Source of the DNA: Camelus dromedarius
Taxonomy: Eukaryota
DNA: 64,000 nt
Direction: 5' to 3'
Assembly (NCBI RefSeq): GCF_036321535.1
Contig: NC_087437.1
Coordinates: 14,448,001 to 14,512,000, forward strand
Part shown: positions 12,371 to 24,348 of the stretch, in pieces
Position numbering within the stretch: position 1 is the first letter of the stretch
Layout: every line of letters starts with the position of its first letter
Translations under genes and position numbers: made by a program
Notes under the pieces: generated by a model
Database searches by the model: none
Told to the model about the DNA's origin: nothing
What the model saw: only the letters and a program-made list of their open reading frames with translations

Positions 12371-15169
12371 TATAATATGTTTTATTTCAGGAAGTGCTTA
12401 CTGAGCACTTACTATGTGTCTTCATTGAAATAGAATCTCGGGATCAAAAATTGTTCTTGTTGAGTCATGGAAGTAAATAAGAAGCCTCTTTTTAGAAGAA
12501 ATCCAAAGGTCACAGGAATAGAGAAGTGGATCTTTTGCTCCTCGCTAGCAGAAGGAGGTTGTCTCGTAAAGAATGGACAGTGTCCGCCAGTGTTGACTTT
12601 CAGTTCTATGCCTGGCCTAAATTGGCAACTCCCCATTTCTGTGTCAGTGGCCTTGCTTTCCTTGTGGAAGGCAGTAGCTTTTGCTTTCCTCCAGGACCTG
12701 GCTTGATGATCTTGTCAGTTGTTCTTAGGAGCTAGCATCCACTGATGGCCTCTGTTCCGAAAAGGCACCAGTCAAGCATGGACTCGTAGCAGCAGAACAG
12801 CACAAGGGGAGGAGAAACACAGTTTACTCATTTTTGAAACTCTATCACCTCTGTGGTTCTCAGGGAAAGTATTTCACTTTAAGGCATTCAAATTATATTA
12901 TAGACACTGAGTATTTCTTCAGAACTCACTGAGGGGAAAATACAGATAACAGCACAGTCATCTGAGTGTCACTCAGGTGGTATCTGATACCCAAATTATC
13001 TAATGAGTAAAGTATAATCTGTAAGTTAAAACATCTGGTTCCTAGCTTGTTAAATAAATCAGTAAATCAGTAGGTGCTTCCTAAGTACACAACATAATAA
13101 TGAATGGATAAACCTCATTTTCTAAATGGAGGCAAATACACAAATAATTCAACTTTTATAGCTGAGGATGAGTGAGACCTGAAGTTCTCTTAGAATTGAA
13201 ATTTCCCTGGAGCTAGCCCAGAGTGAGCCCCTCAGAGCCATCCACTCTTGGGCCATTGCCTTGAGCTCGCAGACATTACTTTACCCTGGGGCAAGATGAG
13301 GCTGTAGTTTGCCCATAGCTTTGTGTGTCCCAGGCCAGTGCCCATGGAGGCTGCCTTGGCAGCTGCCCTTTCCGCAGTCAGTCATCCAGCCCCTAAGTGT
13401 GTTCTAAAAGATAAAGAAAAAAAAAATAGTAATCCCCTTCAGAGGGGCTGGAACAGGCTACTAGTTGCTAGGCAAGTTAAAGTAATTCAGTGTTCTTGCC
13501 AAACGTCTGCCGTGCAAATAGGGAATTTCAGGGAAGGGGAGTGAGATGGTGGTGCATGTTGGTTGCCATAGGAATGTTTCCCTGATTGGAACAAGACCAC
13601 AGAGTGGAGAGAGCGAGACGGCTGCATCTATGGTTCTTTCTGCTTGGGAGTGGGAGCCCAGAATGGGCGCTGGAGCAGAGGTAAGCCATGGGGAGGAAGG
13701 AGCGAAACCCAAGGCTCTCTAAGGGTAAGGGTGTGGGAAAGAATGAAGGACGGTGCATCCTGTGAAGGGAAGAGGGGCCCTAGCAGATGAGACCATAGAC
13801 TATGCCCTGTGAAACTGACAGTTTCCAAAGCTAAAAACAGGGGGAGGAGAAAGAATAGATTAATTTAGGAAAATTAATGATGAACTCTTACACTATTCTG
13901 AAGACCTGAAACTTCCTGGGGAAATTACAATCCATAATTAAGTCGGGGATAATTCCAGTTAGACTCTGGAATGAACCCAGGTTTGAATTAGATGTAGATT
14001 TAAAATAGTAAAATTTAGTGAGAAGAGATACTTAATTTGAAGGTATTTTTTAATTTATGTAAATATTATGCTAGATTATTTTTAATTCAAGAAACAAAAG
14101 TAGTGATTAAAGATTTGTTAATTATGCTGCTATATTTATTGAGTTCTGTTTTTATAAGGGAAAAAAAGCACAATTGACCAAATTGTGCTACTGGTATCAA
14201 ACCTTAAAGAGACCCTCTGAGATGGGCTTACTGCACCTTTTGCATCTGGTGGCAGTTTCCAGAATGACAGCTCAGGGTCCAAGCAGAAATAACTAGCTTT
14301 TAGCAAACGTTGGACCTTAAATGTGCTATTTAACTTCTCTATGACTAATCGATTACCAGCTCTTAAAATGGAGGTGATAGCTAATTCTTGCTTCTCTGGA
14401 ATGTTGTGAGCATGAATGCTGTCACTGAATACAATTTTGGGGGGTGTTATAAGATCCCAAGGTGCCTTGGATGGTAAGGACAGGCTTAGTTTGTCATGGT
14501 GATTTAGATCAAAGATTTCCTGTTTTTTAGATTATAATCTTAAGGGGAACTTGTTTAACTGATAAAAGTTTTACTTGTACACATGAAGTGTATACAGTTA
14601 TTATCCTTTGCCATGTAGTTGAATCATGCTCAGAGGATATTTAAAATATTTTCTTCTTAAGAATATAAGTATATATATATACTGGGATTATATATAATTT
14701 TTTTTTTTTTACTTTTAATGTGGCTTCTTCCAGCAGTCACGTAAAAGACTAACAGTGTGATGTTTATCCTCAAATACTTAAATTCTAGTGACACATAAAA
14801 ACAAAGGCTGCCATAGGACCCAGATTGTGGGTCACTGTGTTCTGTTTCAGGGCTCACTTCCTTCATCAGTTTCTTTGGTCTGCAATTTTAATGTCATTTT
14901 TACTTTAGAATTGATCAGATGCTGATTGATTGACACAAATTAAATAATTTGAGGCAAATTTGTAAGCCAAATGTCAAATTTTAATTTACTGGGGGAGTAT
15001 CTTTAGGCTCTTCAAATGGTATAAACTTTCCCTAATTTAATTTTGACAAAGAAGCCAAAATATGTACTGATTATAATTTTTAAATGGTATTTTTATCTAG
15101 ACCCTCTAGAATCTAGAGTAGCAAAAATATTTTTAGTAAATGTTTAGTAAAATATATAATTTGAACCTC

Positions 15170-15637
15170 AAATATGAGTTTTGTATGTAATTTTAAATCT
15201 ACTAGTAGCCACTTAAGAGTAAAAGGAAACATTAATTTAAATATGTATTGCCCAAAATATCTCCAAATCATCATTTTTAACAGTAATTAATGTAACTAGT
15301 TGTTGATGAGATATTTTGCTTTTTTTCCATATTAAATCTTGAACTCCAGTGTACATTTTACACTCAGAGTATGTCTTACTAAATTTTCATAAAAAACAGA
15401 TGATCTGCAGTTAGATTAAAGTTTACAGTTGAAAAAGTGGATTCATATACCCAAGTCATTCATTCCACACATGCATATCAGTTTTCCAATAACTGAATCA
15501 ATGTCTATATTTCTAAATTTAAATTTGACCAAAGTTAAGTAAAATTTAAAATAAAATCCAGTTCCTCCCTCACACTGGCCATGTTTCAAGCACTCAGGGA
15601 CCACGTGGCTGGTAGTGGCTACCATACTGGGCAGCAG
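15170..15637. mobile_element. hAT-Charlie MER33/MER3-type element
   Basis: tagtagccac...gccatgtttcaagcactcagggaccacgtggctggtagtggctaccatactgggcagca. Confidence 0.8.
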
Positions 15638-16090
15638 AGAGAGGGCTGCTGTTCTCTAGCTCCCTTTCTTGGGAGACCTGTTTGAGGACTCTAATGGAGA
15701 CAGAATCTCACTTTGGAAGCACAGAACCACAGATGAAGATATGCCCTTAAAAGGAAATTTCCACTCAAGCTCTTATTAGAACCTGCCTGGCAAGGAGTTA
15801 TTTGTCTGGTTGACTGTGCTATCTCCACCCTCGCTCCCAAATGCACCCCTCATTGTCTTTCTAGCAGATAAAAATGTGCCAGCATTGACAGTGTGCCTCC
15901 CTCAGGCTCCTCTGGTCCTGTGCTCCATATGGGCTTATTTCCATTACATCAGTGCATTTCCTGGTTCTAGTCCCTCCTTTACCTTTCTCATTGTTTCATT
16001 TGCCACATTTGGCTTTAATTTCTGTTTTACGTTAATGAAGGATTCAGGTGTTCAAATTCTAGTTTAGTTCTTAGTTAAGGTCATAGTGTT

Positions 16091-16229
16091 GGCTTGTGTT
16101 GTTTGTTTTCTGAGGGGGAGGTAATTAGATTTTTTCATTGATTTCCGCTTGGAGGAGGTACTGGGAATTGAACCCGGGACCTCTTAGGTGCTGAGCACGC
16201 GCTCTGCCACTTGAGCTATACCCTTCCCC
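16091..16229 (-). mobile_element. tRNA-derived SINE (camelid Vic-1-like)
   Basis: Minus strand GGGGAAGGGTATAGCTCAAGTGG (A box) and GGTTCAATTCCC (B box). Perfect 15-bp TSD TAAGGTCATAGTGTT at 16076-16090 and 16230-16244. Confidence 0.93.
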
Positions 16230-17446
16230 TAAGGTCATAGTGTTTGATTTACATTAATTTGGATTTTAAAATATCCTCCTTTGCCCCTTGCTCCCAACTT
16301 CTAGAGTGGCTGGGCCAAGAAACCGCACTCTCCCCTCTCCCCATGAAAGTATCTTTTCTTCAGGCAAATCAGAGTTCTTCAGCATAGTCACCTGTGGTCA
16401 GACCTGTTCATTTTTAAGAACCTCTCTTTTCCCTGGATAGGAGGAATTAAGAAATATGTAGGCAGATAATGATTTAGAAGATGAAGGACCTCCCCCACAC
16501 CGGCTTTAGCCTTGTCAGAATTTTTTGCCCTGCACCTTGCTTGGGGCTGAACCTTGTTTGACACACAGCATAATAGACCCCATCACCAGAAGGATACAGA
16601 GCGCAGACTTCATCGGCTCTCATTGGGTGCTTGCCGCTTTTGAGGGGCATCACCGATGACAGTGCTGAAATTCACCCTTCATGTTCTGGAACATAGAAAG
16701 TGAAAAGTACCTACAGAGGCTCTCCAGGCCTAGAGAATAATGTGTTATCCAAGACAGTAACAAATCCTCCCCTGGCAAGAAAAGCTAGCTCAGAAATTAG
16801 GAAATACTCAACCTGTTGAGTCATTTTGAACTAATTTGCATATGGATGCATATTGTGCCCCTTCCTCATTACCATCAGAATCAAATAATTTTAAGTGGGA
16901 CTTTGTGGACTGAGTAGCAGTTGCAGCAGAAAAACCTTAGGTGTCAATCTCTAGTCTATGAGCGGTGACATCAGGAAAGCCATTGAATTGATCTGGGCCT
17001 CATTTCTCACCTGTCAAGTGAGAGTGTTAGACCAGGTGGTCCTGAGGCCCCTCTCAGCCATCACATGTTTTGATCACTTAGTCTAATCCCACAGCTTCCC
17101 AGATGAAGAATCAGAGGCCTGCAAACTCACTTGCTCATATCACGTAGCAAGTGGTAGACAGGTCTCTGGTTTTCAGTCATGTGCTTTGTCCACCCTGGGA
17201 GCTTGCTTCATCGTGCATGTAGAGGCTGAGCATGAACCAGATGAGGATACCCAGAAGAATGGCTGGTTCTGTGTTTCCTCATAACATCATTTACTTTTGT
17301 CTGCTCATAGTTTGAGGTTGCTGGCCAGAACCTCTAAGATGCCTGAGTTGCCTGTTTTTTGCCACCTTCATGTGAGAGGTCAGTAATTCAGCTCAGACAT
17401 CTCTATGGCATAAAGTCCCCCACTGACCTCTAAAGGAGAAAAAAAA

Positions 17447-17450
17447 TGTG

Positions 17451-17487
<37 letters not shown>

Positions 17488-17535
17488 GTATATATGTGTG
17501 TGTGTGTGTATGTGTGTGTGTGTGTGTGTGTGTGT
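17447..17535. repeat. Compound (TA)n(TGTA)n(TG)n microsatellite
   Basis: Visible directly. Confidence 0.97.
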
Positions 17536-17879
17536 ATCAGTTCTTGGTTGCTGCAGATGCATGATAACAAAGGAGGAAGCAGGAGCTGGAATGCAGAGTT
17601 AAATTTGCTCAAATGTTTAGAATTCAAACATCAACTACCACAAACGAAGCAAAGCAGAACAGAGGGCCCCAGTGAAGTGCTTCTGTTGAAGTTCTCAGTG
17701 TAGGTTGGAGACCCAGTTCCAAGTGCTGGAGCAGCACTCAGAGATTGGAAGCTGACCTGACTTTCTTGGGAGGGCTGCTTTTAACTGGGAAAAACCAGGG
17801 ACCTTCATACTCCTTTAGCCTGTCATTCAGTTAAAAAACAAACAAACAAAAACCCCCCAAAAACAGAGGTGTCAAGGAA

Positions 17880-18092
17880 AGGAAACTTACTGATTGCCTA
17901 TTAGGTGTAAAAAGCATGCCAAGTATTTTTATATATTGGCTCATTTAATTCTATAACCACCCTGCAATATAGATAGGTATTATTTCCATTTTACAGATCA
18001 GTAAATGTACTCAGGAAAGTTATGTAGCTTGCCTTGGGTCACAGAGTAAGTGAGCATGGATTTTATTTGGCTCTAAAATCTAATTACTTTCC
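17880..18092 (-). mobile_element. MIR SINE
   Basis: ctcatttaattctataaccaccctg...tattatttccattttacagat. Confidence 0.75.
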
Positions 18093-18529
18093 ACTAATTC
18101 CACTAACATCCAATAGAAGTGATTATATTTTGGTTCCACTGAGTTTGAGGAGGACACCTGATGCCATGCTGTAGACACCAATGTTAAATAGACTAAAATG
18201 AAAGTTGGATACAGTAATGGAGTCAATTTCATTTATAAGCAGAGGTTGTTAACATGCATCTCAGAGATCCCTTGAAGATATTAGAAACAAAAATATTAAA
18301 GAATTTTTTTTTTGCAAATAACAGCTTTATAAAGAGACCCACTAATCAGTATCATTGATCAGTGACAAAAAGTATAATCCTAAATCAAATTTAACTTTCA
18401 GAGGGGGTGCCTACTGCTTTGGGGGTGAAATACAGTGCCATCATTTTGGTTTTTAAGACGCTGTTTTGTTTGGGTTGGTGGTTCTGTCTTTTATCCTTTG
18501 GGTAAATGAGAGGATGACATTTGCATTCA

Positions 18530-19074
18530 GTGTCCTTCCCAGAGCTATGACAACAGTTATCTAAACCTGCAAAACAAAGTTAGTGTCTTAAAGCAACAAC
18601 TGTATTTATTATGTTCACAGATCTGCAATTTGGGCAGGGCTCAATGGGGACGGTTCATCTCTGCTCCACTTAGCATCAGCAGGGTTGGCATCTGAAGCTC
18701 ACTCACTCAACATGTCTGGAGCCCAGACTGAGAGGACTAGCACAGCTGGGCTCCCCTGGCATCTTTATTTCTTTGTGGTCTCTCAGCATGACTGCTTCAG
18801 GGTAGCCAGACTTCTATGCTAGTTCAGTGCTCTCAAAGCACATGACCCAAGACAGAAAGTCAGGCGCAGATCTTCTCTTTTATGGCTCACCCTAGGAAGT
18901 CACACAGCATCCCTACAGTGCATTCTGTGCATTGAAGCAATGATAAAGGCCATTCAGGTTCAGTGGGAGTGGAAATAGATTCCATCTCTTGATAGGGAAG
19001 TGGAAAGTTTCTGGAAGAGTATGTAGAGCTGGAAATATTGCAGTGGCCACTTTCGGAAAATACAGTCTGCTACA
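18530..19074 (-). mobile_element. MaLR LTR (MLT1F/H-like)
   Basis: cttaaagcaacaac...tttattatgttcacagatctgcaatttgggcagggctc...ggaaaatacagtctgctaca matches reversed MLT1 as recalled. Confidence 0.8.
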
Positions 19075-19717
19075 CAGATGAGCCAGTCTATAGATTATAA
19101 GCTGGTGCCCAAGCCAGGTGATCTCTGGGCATTTCTCTCCTACCAAAGGGAGCATATTGGCAGGCAAATGAAATATAATTTATTTCCCTATAATTTAACC
19201 CACTGTAATTTACACTCTTCAAAAAAGTAAATCATCTGCAAAATTTTGGCACTTTCTCCACTGTTAGAAATAAATTACTTGTAAAACACAAGTGGATTTG
19301 GCTAATGAGGTAGATAGGTTGACTCTCCTTAAATTTTCCATCCTTGTTGAGCTGATGGCTGTTTAATGTTCCTGAATTGTCATTGTGTTTCTGCTTCTCT
19401 ACCTTGTTTGCAGAGGAGGGCAGCTGAATATTTATGTAAACACCTTTGCATAGAAACCTTTCCATTTAAAACTAAAAAGTGAAGACAATTACACTTAAAA
19501 TTGAATGTTTCCTAAAGGGGCTTGTTCTAGCATTTTATAGCACCTGCTGCCTCCTTTCTTGGAGATTAAATGATTATTCAAGACACATTTCTCAAAGTTT
19601 ACAAAATTAGTATCTTCTCTCAAGCTCTCCTTATAAGTGTGGGAATCCTGTGGCGTGGCACACAACAGACTTACGTACTTTTTGCATTAATAGGGCTGTT
19701 TGTTCTAGACCTTTTTT

Positions 19718-19767
19718 TAAAAAAATTGAAGTATAGTAGGTTACAATGTGTCAATTTCTGGTGTACA
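19718..19767 (-). mobile_element. Ultra-short (50 bp) L1 3'-end insertion
   Basis: TSD TAGACCTTTTTT at 19706-19717 and 19768-19779. The insert matches the extreme 3' end of the young L1 copies at 31290 and 34490. Confidence 0.88.
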
Positions 19768-20074
19768 TAGACCTTTTTTAAAACTAAGATATTTCATCCA
19801 TGTGAAATAGAATATGAAATTTATAGGTACATTTTAAGGAATTAGAAACATGAATACTTGTGTACACACTATCCAAGTTAAGAAGTAAACACTCTCCTTC
19901 CTTAACCCTGGAGGTCAGATCATCTTGATTTTTGTGTTAATTACCCCCTTTCTTTCCTTATATGGTATTACCATATCTATAGTAAAATCCTTTATTTGGA
20001 TCTTCATACCATGTTTTTCACTTCAATTAAAAACATTTTATATAAAAAGACTTCCACATCTTTTGTTAGATTTA

Positions 20075-20291
20075 CAGTTGACCCTTGAACACAACGGGTT
20101 TGAACTGCACACATCCACCTATATATGGATTTTTTTTAATAAATATGTGCTCCAGGACTACATGACCTGCAGTTGGTTAAATTCGAAGATGCAGAACTGT
20201 GGATACAGAGCACCAACTGTAAAGTTATCTTTGGATTTTAAACTACTCAGGGGTCAGTGCCCCAACCCTCATGTTGCTCGAGGGTCAACTG
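20075..20291 (+). mobile_element. Tigger2a-type non-autonomous DNA transposon, 217 bp
   Basis: Terminal inverted repeats CAGTTGACCCTTGAAC / GCTCGAGGGTCAACTG; TA TSD at 20073-20074 and 20292-20293. Confidence 0.92.
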
Positions 20292-20422
20292 TATTCATAG
20301 GTACTTTTAATTTTTGTTACTGTGGTTAATGGTGTCATTCTAACTGATTATTGCCAAGTATAAACATGCAGTTGATTTCTACATATTGGTTTTGTGAAAA
20401 TCGAATTTGCTAAATCATACTA

Positions 20423-22280
20423 CAAGCATACTTCTTTTTATTGTGTTTCACTTTATTGCACTTTATAGGTATTGTGTTTTTTTACAAATTGAAGGTTTGT
20501 GGCAAGTCTTTATCAAGGTGGCACCATTTTTCCAATAGCATTCAGTCACTTGGTGGCTCTGTGTCACATTTTGGTAATTCTTGCAATATTTCCAACTTTT
20601 TCATTATTATTATGTTTGTTATGGTGATCTGTGATCTTTCATGTTACCACTGTAATTGTTTTGAGGGACCACAAACTGCACTCCTATAAAATGGTGAACT
20701 TAACTGATAAATGTGTGTGTTCTGTCTGCTCCATTGATCCACCATTCCCCATCTTTCTTCCTCTCCTTGGGCCCCCCATTCCCTGAGACACAACAATACT
20801 GAAATTAGGTCAGTTCATAGCCCTACACTGGCCTCTATGTGTTCAAGTGAAAGGAAGAGTTTCTCACCTCTCATTTTAAATCAAAAGCTAGAAATGATTT
20901 AGTAAGGAAAGCATGTCAAAAGCCAAGATACGCCTCTTGCGCCAGTTAGCCTAGTTGTGAATGCAAAGGAAACGTTCTTAAAGGAAGTTAAAGTGCTCCT
21001 CCAGTGAACACATGAATAATGAGAAAACAAAACAGCCTTACTGCTGATGTGGACAATGTCTGAGTGGTCTGGATAGAAGATCAAAGCAGCCACAAGATTC
21101 CCTTCAGCCAAAGCATAATCCAGAGCAAGGCTGTAGCTCTCTTTACTTCTGTGAAGGCTGAAAGAGGTGAGGAAGCTGCACGAGAAAAGTTTGAAGCTAA
21201 ATGTTTGAAGCTAAAAGGTTTTCCACTTCTTATGCCCAGATCCATCAGAGGAATCACTATCTATGGCAGCTCTAGCCTTGTGAAGTGCATTTCTTGAAGT
21301 TACTCCTTGATCCATCCAGACCACAGAATGGGTGCTGTGTTGCAGGCATGACAACAGCATGAATCTTGCCGTCCCTCTCCATCAGAGCTCTTGGGAGACC
21401 AGGTGCACTGTCAAGGAGCAGTCATATTTTGAAAGGAATCGTCTTTTCTGAGCAACAGTGTACTTAAAATATTCACTAAACCATGTTTTAAATAGGTATG
21501 CTGTCATGGGGCCTTTTTGTTCCATTTCCAGAGCATACATGGAATAGATTAAGCATAATTCTTAGGGCTCTAGGATTTTCAGAATGGTAAATGGGCACTG
21601 GCTTCAACTTCAGGTCACCACTGGCATTAAATTAGCCCCTAACAGCCTGTCCTTTGAAGCTTTGAAGCCAGGCACTGACTTCTCCTCTCTAGCTATGGAA
21701 GTCCTAGATGGCGTCTCCTTCCATATAAGGCTGTTTCAACTACATTGAAAATCTGTCATTTAGGGTAGCCACCTTCGCTGACTACCTTAGCGAGGTCTTC
21801 CGGAGAACTTGCTGCAGCTTCTGTATCAGCGCCCGTTACTTCCCCTCGCACTTTTACGTTATGGAGACGGCTTCTCTCCTTAAAACTCATGAACCAACCT
21901 CTCAACCTCAGTCAATGTGGTAACCTTCATTGTTGTCTTAAGAAATTGCCACAGCCAACGCAGCCTTCAGCAGCCACCACCCTGATTAGTCGGCAGCCAT
22001 CAGCATCAAAGAAAGACCCTGTACCAGCAAACAGATTAGGGCTTGCTGAAGGCTGACAATGGTAGCATTTTTTAAAAGTATTAATAATTTAATAAAGTAT
22101 TTTTTATTTAATATTTAATTTTAATTTAATGTAGTATTTTTAAATTAAGGCATGTACAGTTTTTTTAGACATAATGTTATTACACACTTAGACTACAGTA
22201 TGGTGTAACCATAACTTTTATATGCACTAGGAAACCAAAAACTTCATGTGACTCGCTTTGCTGTTTTGCTCGCTTTATCG
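20423..22280 (+). mobile_element. Tigger1 DNA transposon, internally inverted/deleted, right terminal repeat missing
   Basis: TA|CAAGCATACTTC left end. ORF 21064 ([25 protein letters not shown]...[15 protein letters not shown]) matches the Tigger1 transposase CENP-B-type HTH. Segment 21215-21902 lies on the minus strand. Confidence 0.92.
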
Positions 22281-23169
22281 TTTAAATCTCATCTATCTAT
22301 CCTAACTGATTTTTATCTGCTGAAACTGTCAATTACTAGAAGAATTGTACTGTGGTTTCTCTCTCCAGTGGTTTGTCCATTTCTCTAGTTACCACGTCAG
22401 TTTTTGTCTTGCATATTTTCAGATAATATTACTAGGTACATACAGATTTATAAACCTTATGTATGTGTGTTGTTTCCATATTTTAGGTGGGTCTTTTATA
22501 AGCAGCATATCACTAGGTTTTTTTACTTTTAATTGGAAAGTGGGGTCTTTTGCATTTATTGTAATTGATGATATATTTAAATTTATTTCTATCACTGTTT
22601 TATGTAGTTTTCTCTTTCTTTTCCCCTCTCTCTTCTTTCTGTCTTTTGAATTGATATTTTTTTCTCCCAGTTCCAGCTTCACCCCCCACTTCTTTGGACG
22701 TTATATGCTTTATGTATGTTCCCTTAATAGCTATGTCAACAGACATACTTTAAAAAGTTTCTATGTCTTAAGTATGTTACCACTCATACTCCAAAATTCA
22801 AAAGCTTACCTCTCCTCGGCTTCCCTATTTTTCCTCCACAAATTGCACATTTTTCTTATAGTTTTAAATAAAGTTAGCTTGGTTTTATTCATCTATTTGT
22901 CAATACTTTCCCTCACTACTTTCTTCCAGTTCAGGGTTCCCAGATGCAGTCATTTTCCTTCTTTCTGAAGTATGTCCTTTAGAATTTCTTTAAGTGAGTC
23001 TTGTTTTAATAGTGGACTCTCCACTACATATCAGCGCTAGAGAGATGAGTAAGAAACACTCCCATAAAGTATATAATTGCGGAGTGACTAAGTACAGAAT
23101 TTGAGATAAGGATACGGTACTGAGAACACGGGGGGGAGGCCAAGTATTAAGAGCACGGGGAGCAGGGGG

Positions 23170-23620
23170 CATCTCAGGAAAGGCTGAGATGTGAAGTGTG
23201 GAGAACTCTGGGTACGTTCATGGAACATTCATCAATGCAGCGGAATGGAGCTTAGGAGCGGGTCGGTGCCAGATGGAGCTGGGGAGGTTAGCTAGCTAGC
23301 TAGTGGGTCGTGAAGAGCCGTAAATGCCAAACTGAAAGCAGCAGAGAGTTGGGGGAGGTTTAAAGCAGTGGAGTGACATGATTAGATGCATTACTGATGA
23401 GTAAAATACACTATTGCCTGGTGGGCCATGAGTTGCAGTGATCACCTGGGAGGAGGCTGAGTACCTAAACCAAAGGCAAAGCAAAGGTAATGCAGAGAAG
23501 AAATGATATTTCAAAAGACTTTGGCAAGATAAAAATCTTAACAGTAGATTTAAAGCAGAGAGATTAGAGGATGTACTCCAGTGTCTCTAATTTAGAAAGC
23601 TGGCAAGACTGAGAAGCACA
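23170..23620 (-). mobile_element. L2 fragment
   Basis: ggaggtttaaagcagtggagtgacatgattagat, a reversed L2 motif. Confidence 0.55.
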
Positions 23621-24298
23621 GAGGTGATGCGCATGTCTGCGGGGCTGGTGAAAGTCCCGTTGCAGGGAGAGAAGGAGTTTAGTTTGTTACACAAACCATT
23701 TGACGTGTTTTCAGGACAAATGGTGAGTTGGTTTTAGGAGAATCAGTATTTAATATATTAGGGATACCTCTGTGCTGAGAACTCAGCATTTTCTGATTAT
23801 ATCTGGTGGTTCTGATCTTCACTTCTTTTGCTTCCTGAGTTAGAATATAGATCCCTATTTCAGGATGCAAAGGGTCTATTTTCAGCAATAAATAAAATAT
23901 AATTAACTAATTGTTAGATTTCGGTTAAATTTTAGGTCAGGAATTTGAAATGTAGAACTGCCTTCACTGCTTCTTGCAAAATGATTGTTACTGAGCAGTG
24001 CTTGCTCTTGGCTGAGGGAACCTCTTGTTGGGGGTCTATTTGTGTCGTAGCAGGCTGGCAGATGTGACCCAAAGTGTCTAAGAGCATCTGGTAAGACAGG
24101 AGGGAATGGAAAGAAGAAAGAGGCAGAACAAGGGAAGAGGGAAGGGGGAAAAAAAAAATCTTCCATTTAATTAAAAAAGTATTTGCAAGGCTTATCCTTC
24201 TTACCTGCTGTTTTTAGCTAGCAAGGCCAGATTCTCCCCTTGGAGATTCCTTCCTGGCCTCTCAGAGGAGCCCAGATGGGGGCTTTGTTTTCGATGCA

Positions 24299-24348
24299 TG
24301 AGTCATCGCAGTGATTCAGTGACTTATTCGTCACTCGCATGGAGTGAC
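24299..24348. promoter_or_regulatory. AP-1/CRE motif cluster (candidate enhancer)
   Basis: TGAGTCA 24299-24305, TGATTCA 24312-24318, TGACTTA 24320-24326, TTCGTCA 24327-24333; CpGs retained locally. Confidence 0.5.

Larger units (their letters stand above)
19790..22990 (-). mobile_element. Very old L1M fragments hosting two Tigger insertions
   Basis: T-rich degraded L1-like sequence on both sides of the Tigger elements. ORF 22345-22968 is compositional, not a gene. Confidence 0.45.

Noticed and set aside
22345..22968. Longest ORF (207 aa, F/L/S-rich)
   Set aside because: Compositional product of T-rich degraded L1-like sequence; no recognisable domain.
23117..23170. Two-copy imperfect ~27-bp duplication
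   Set aside because: Only two copies and no spacer array; an ordinary local duplication.
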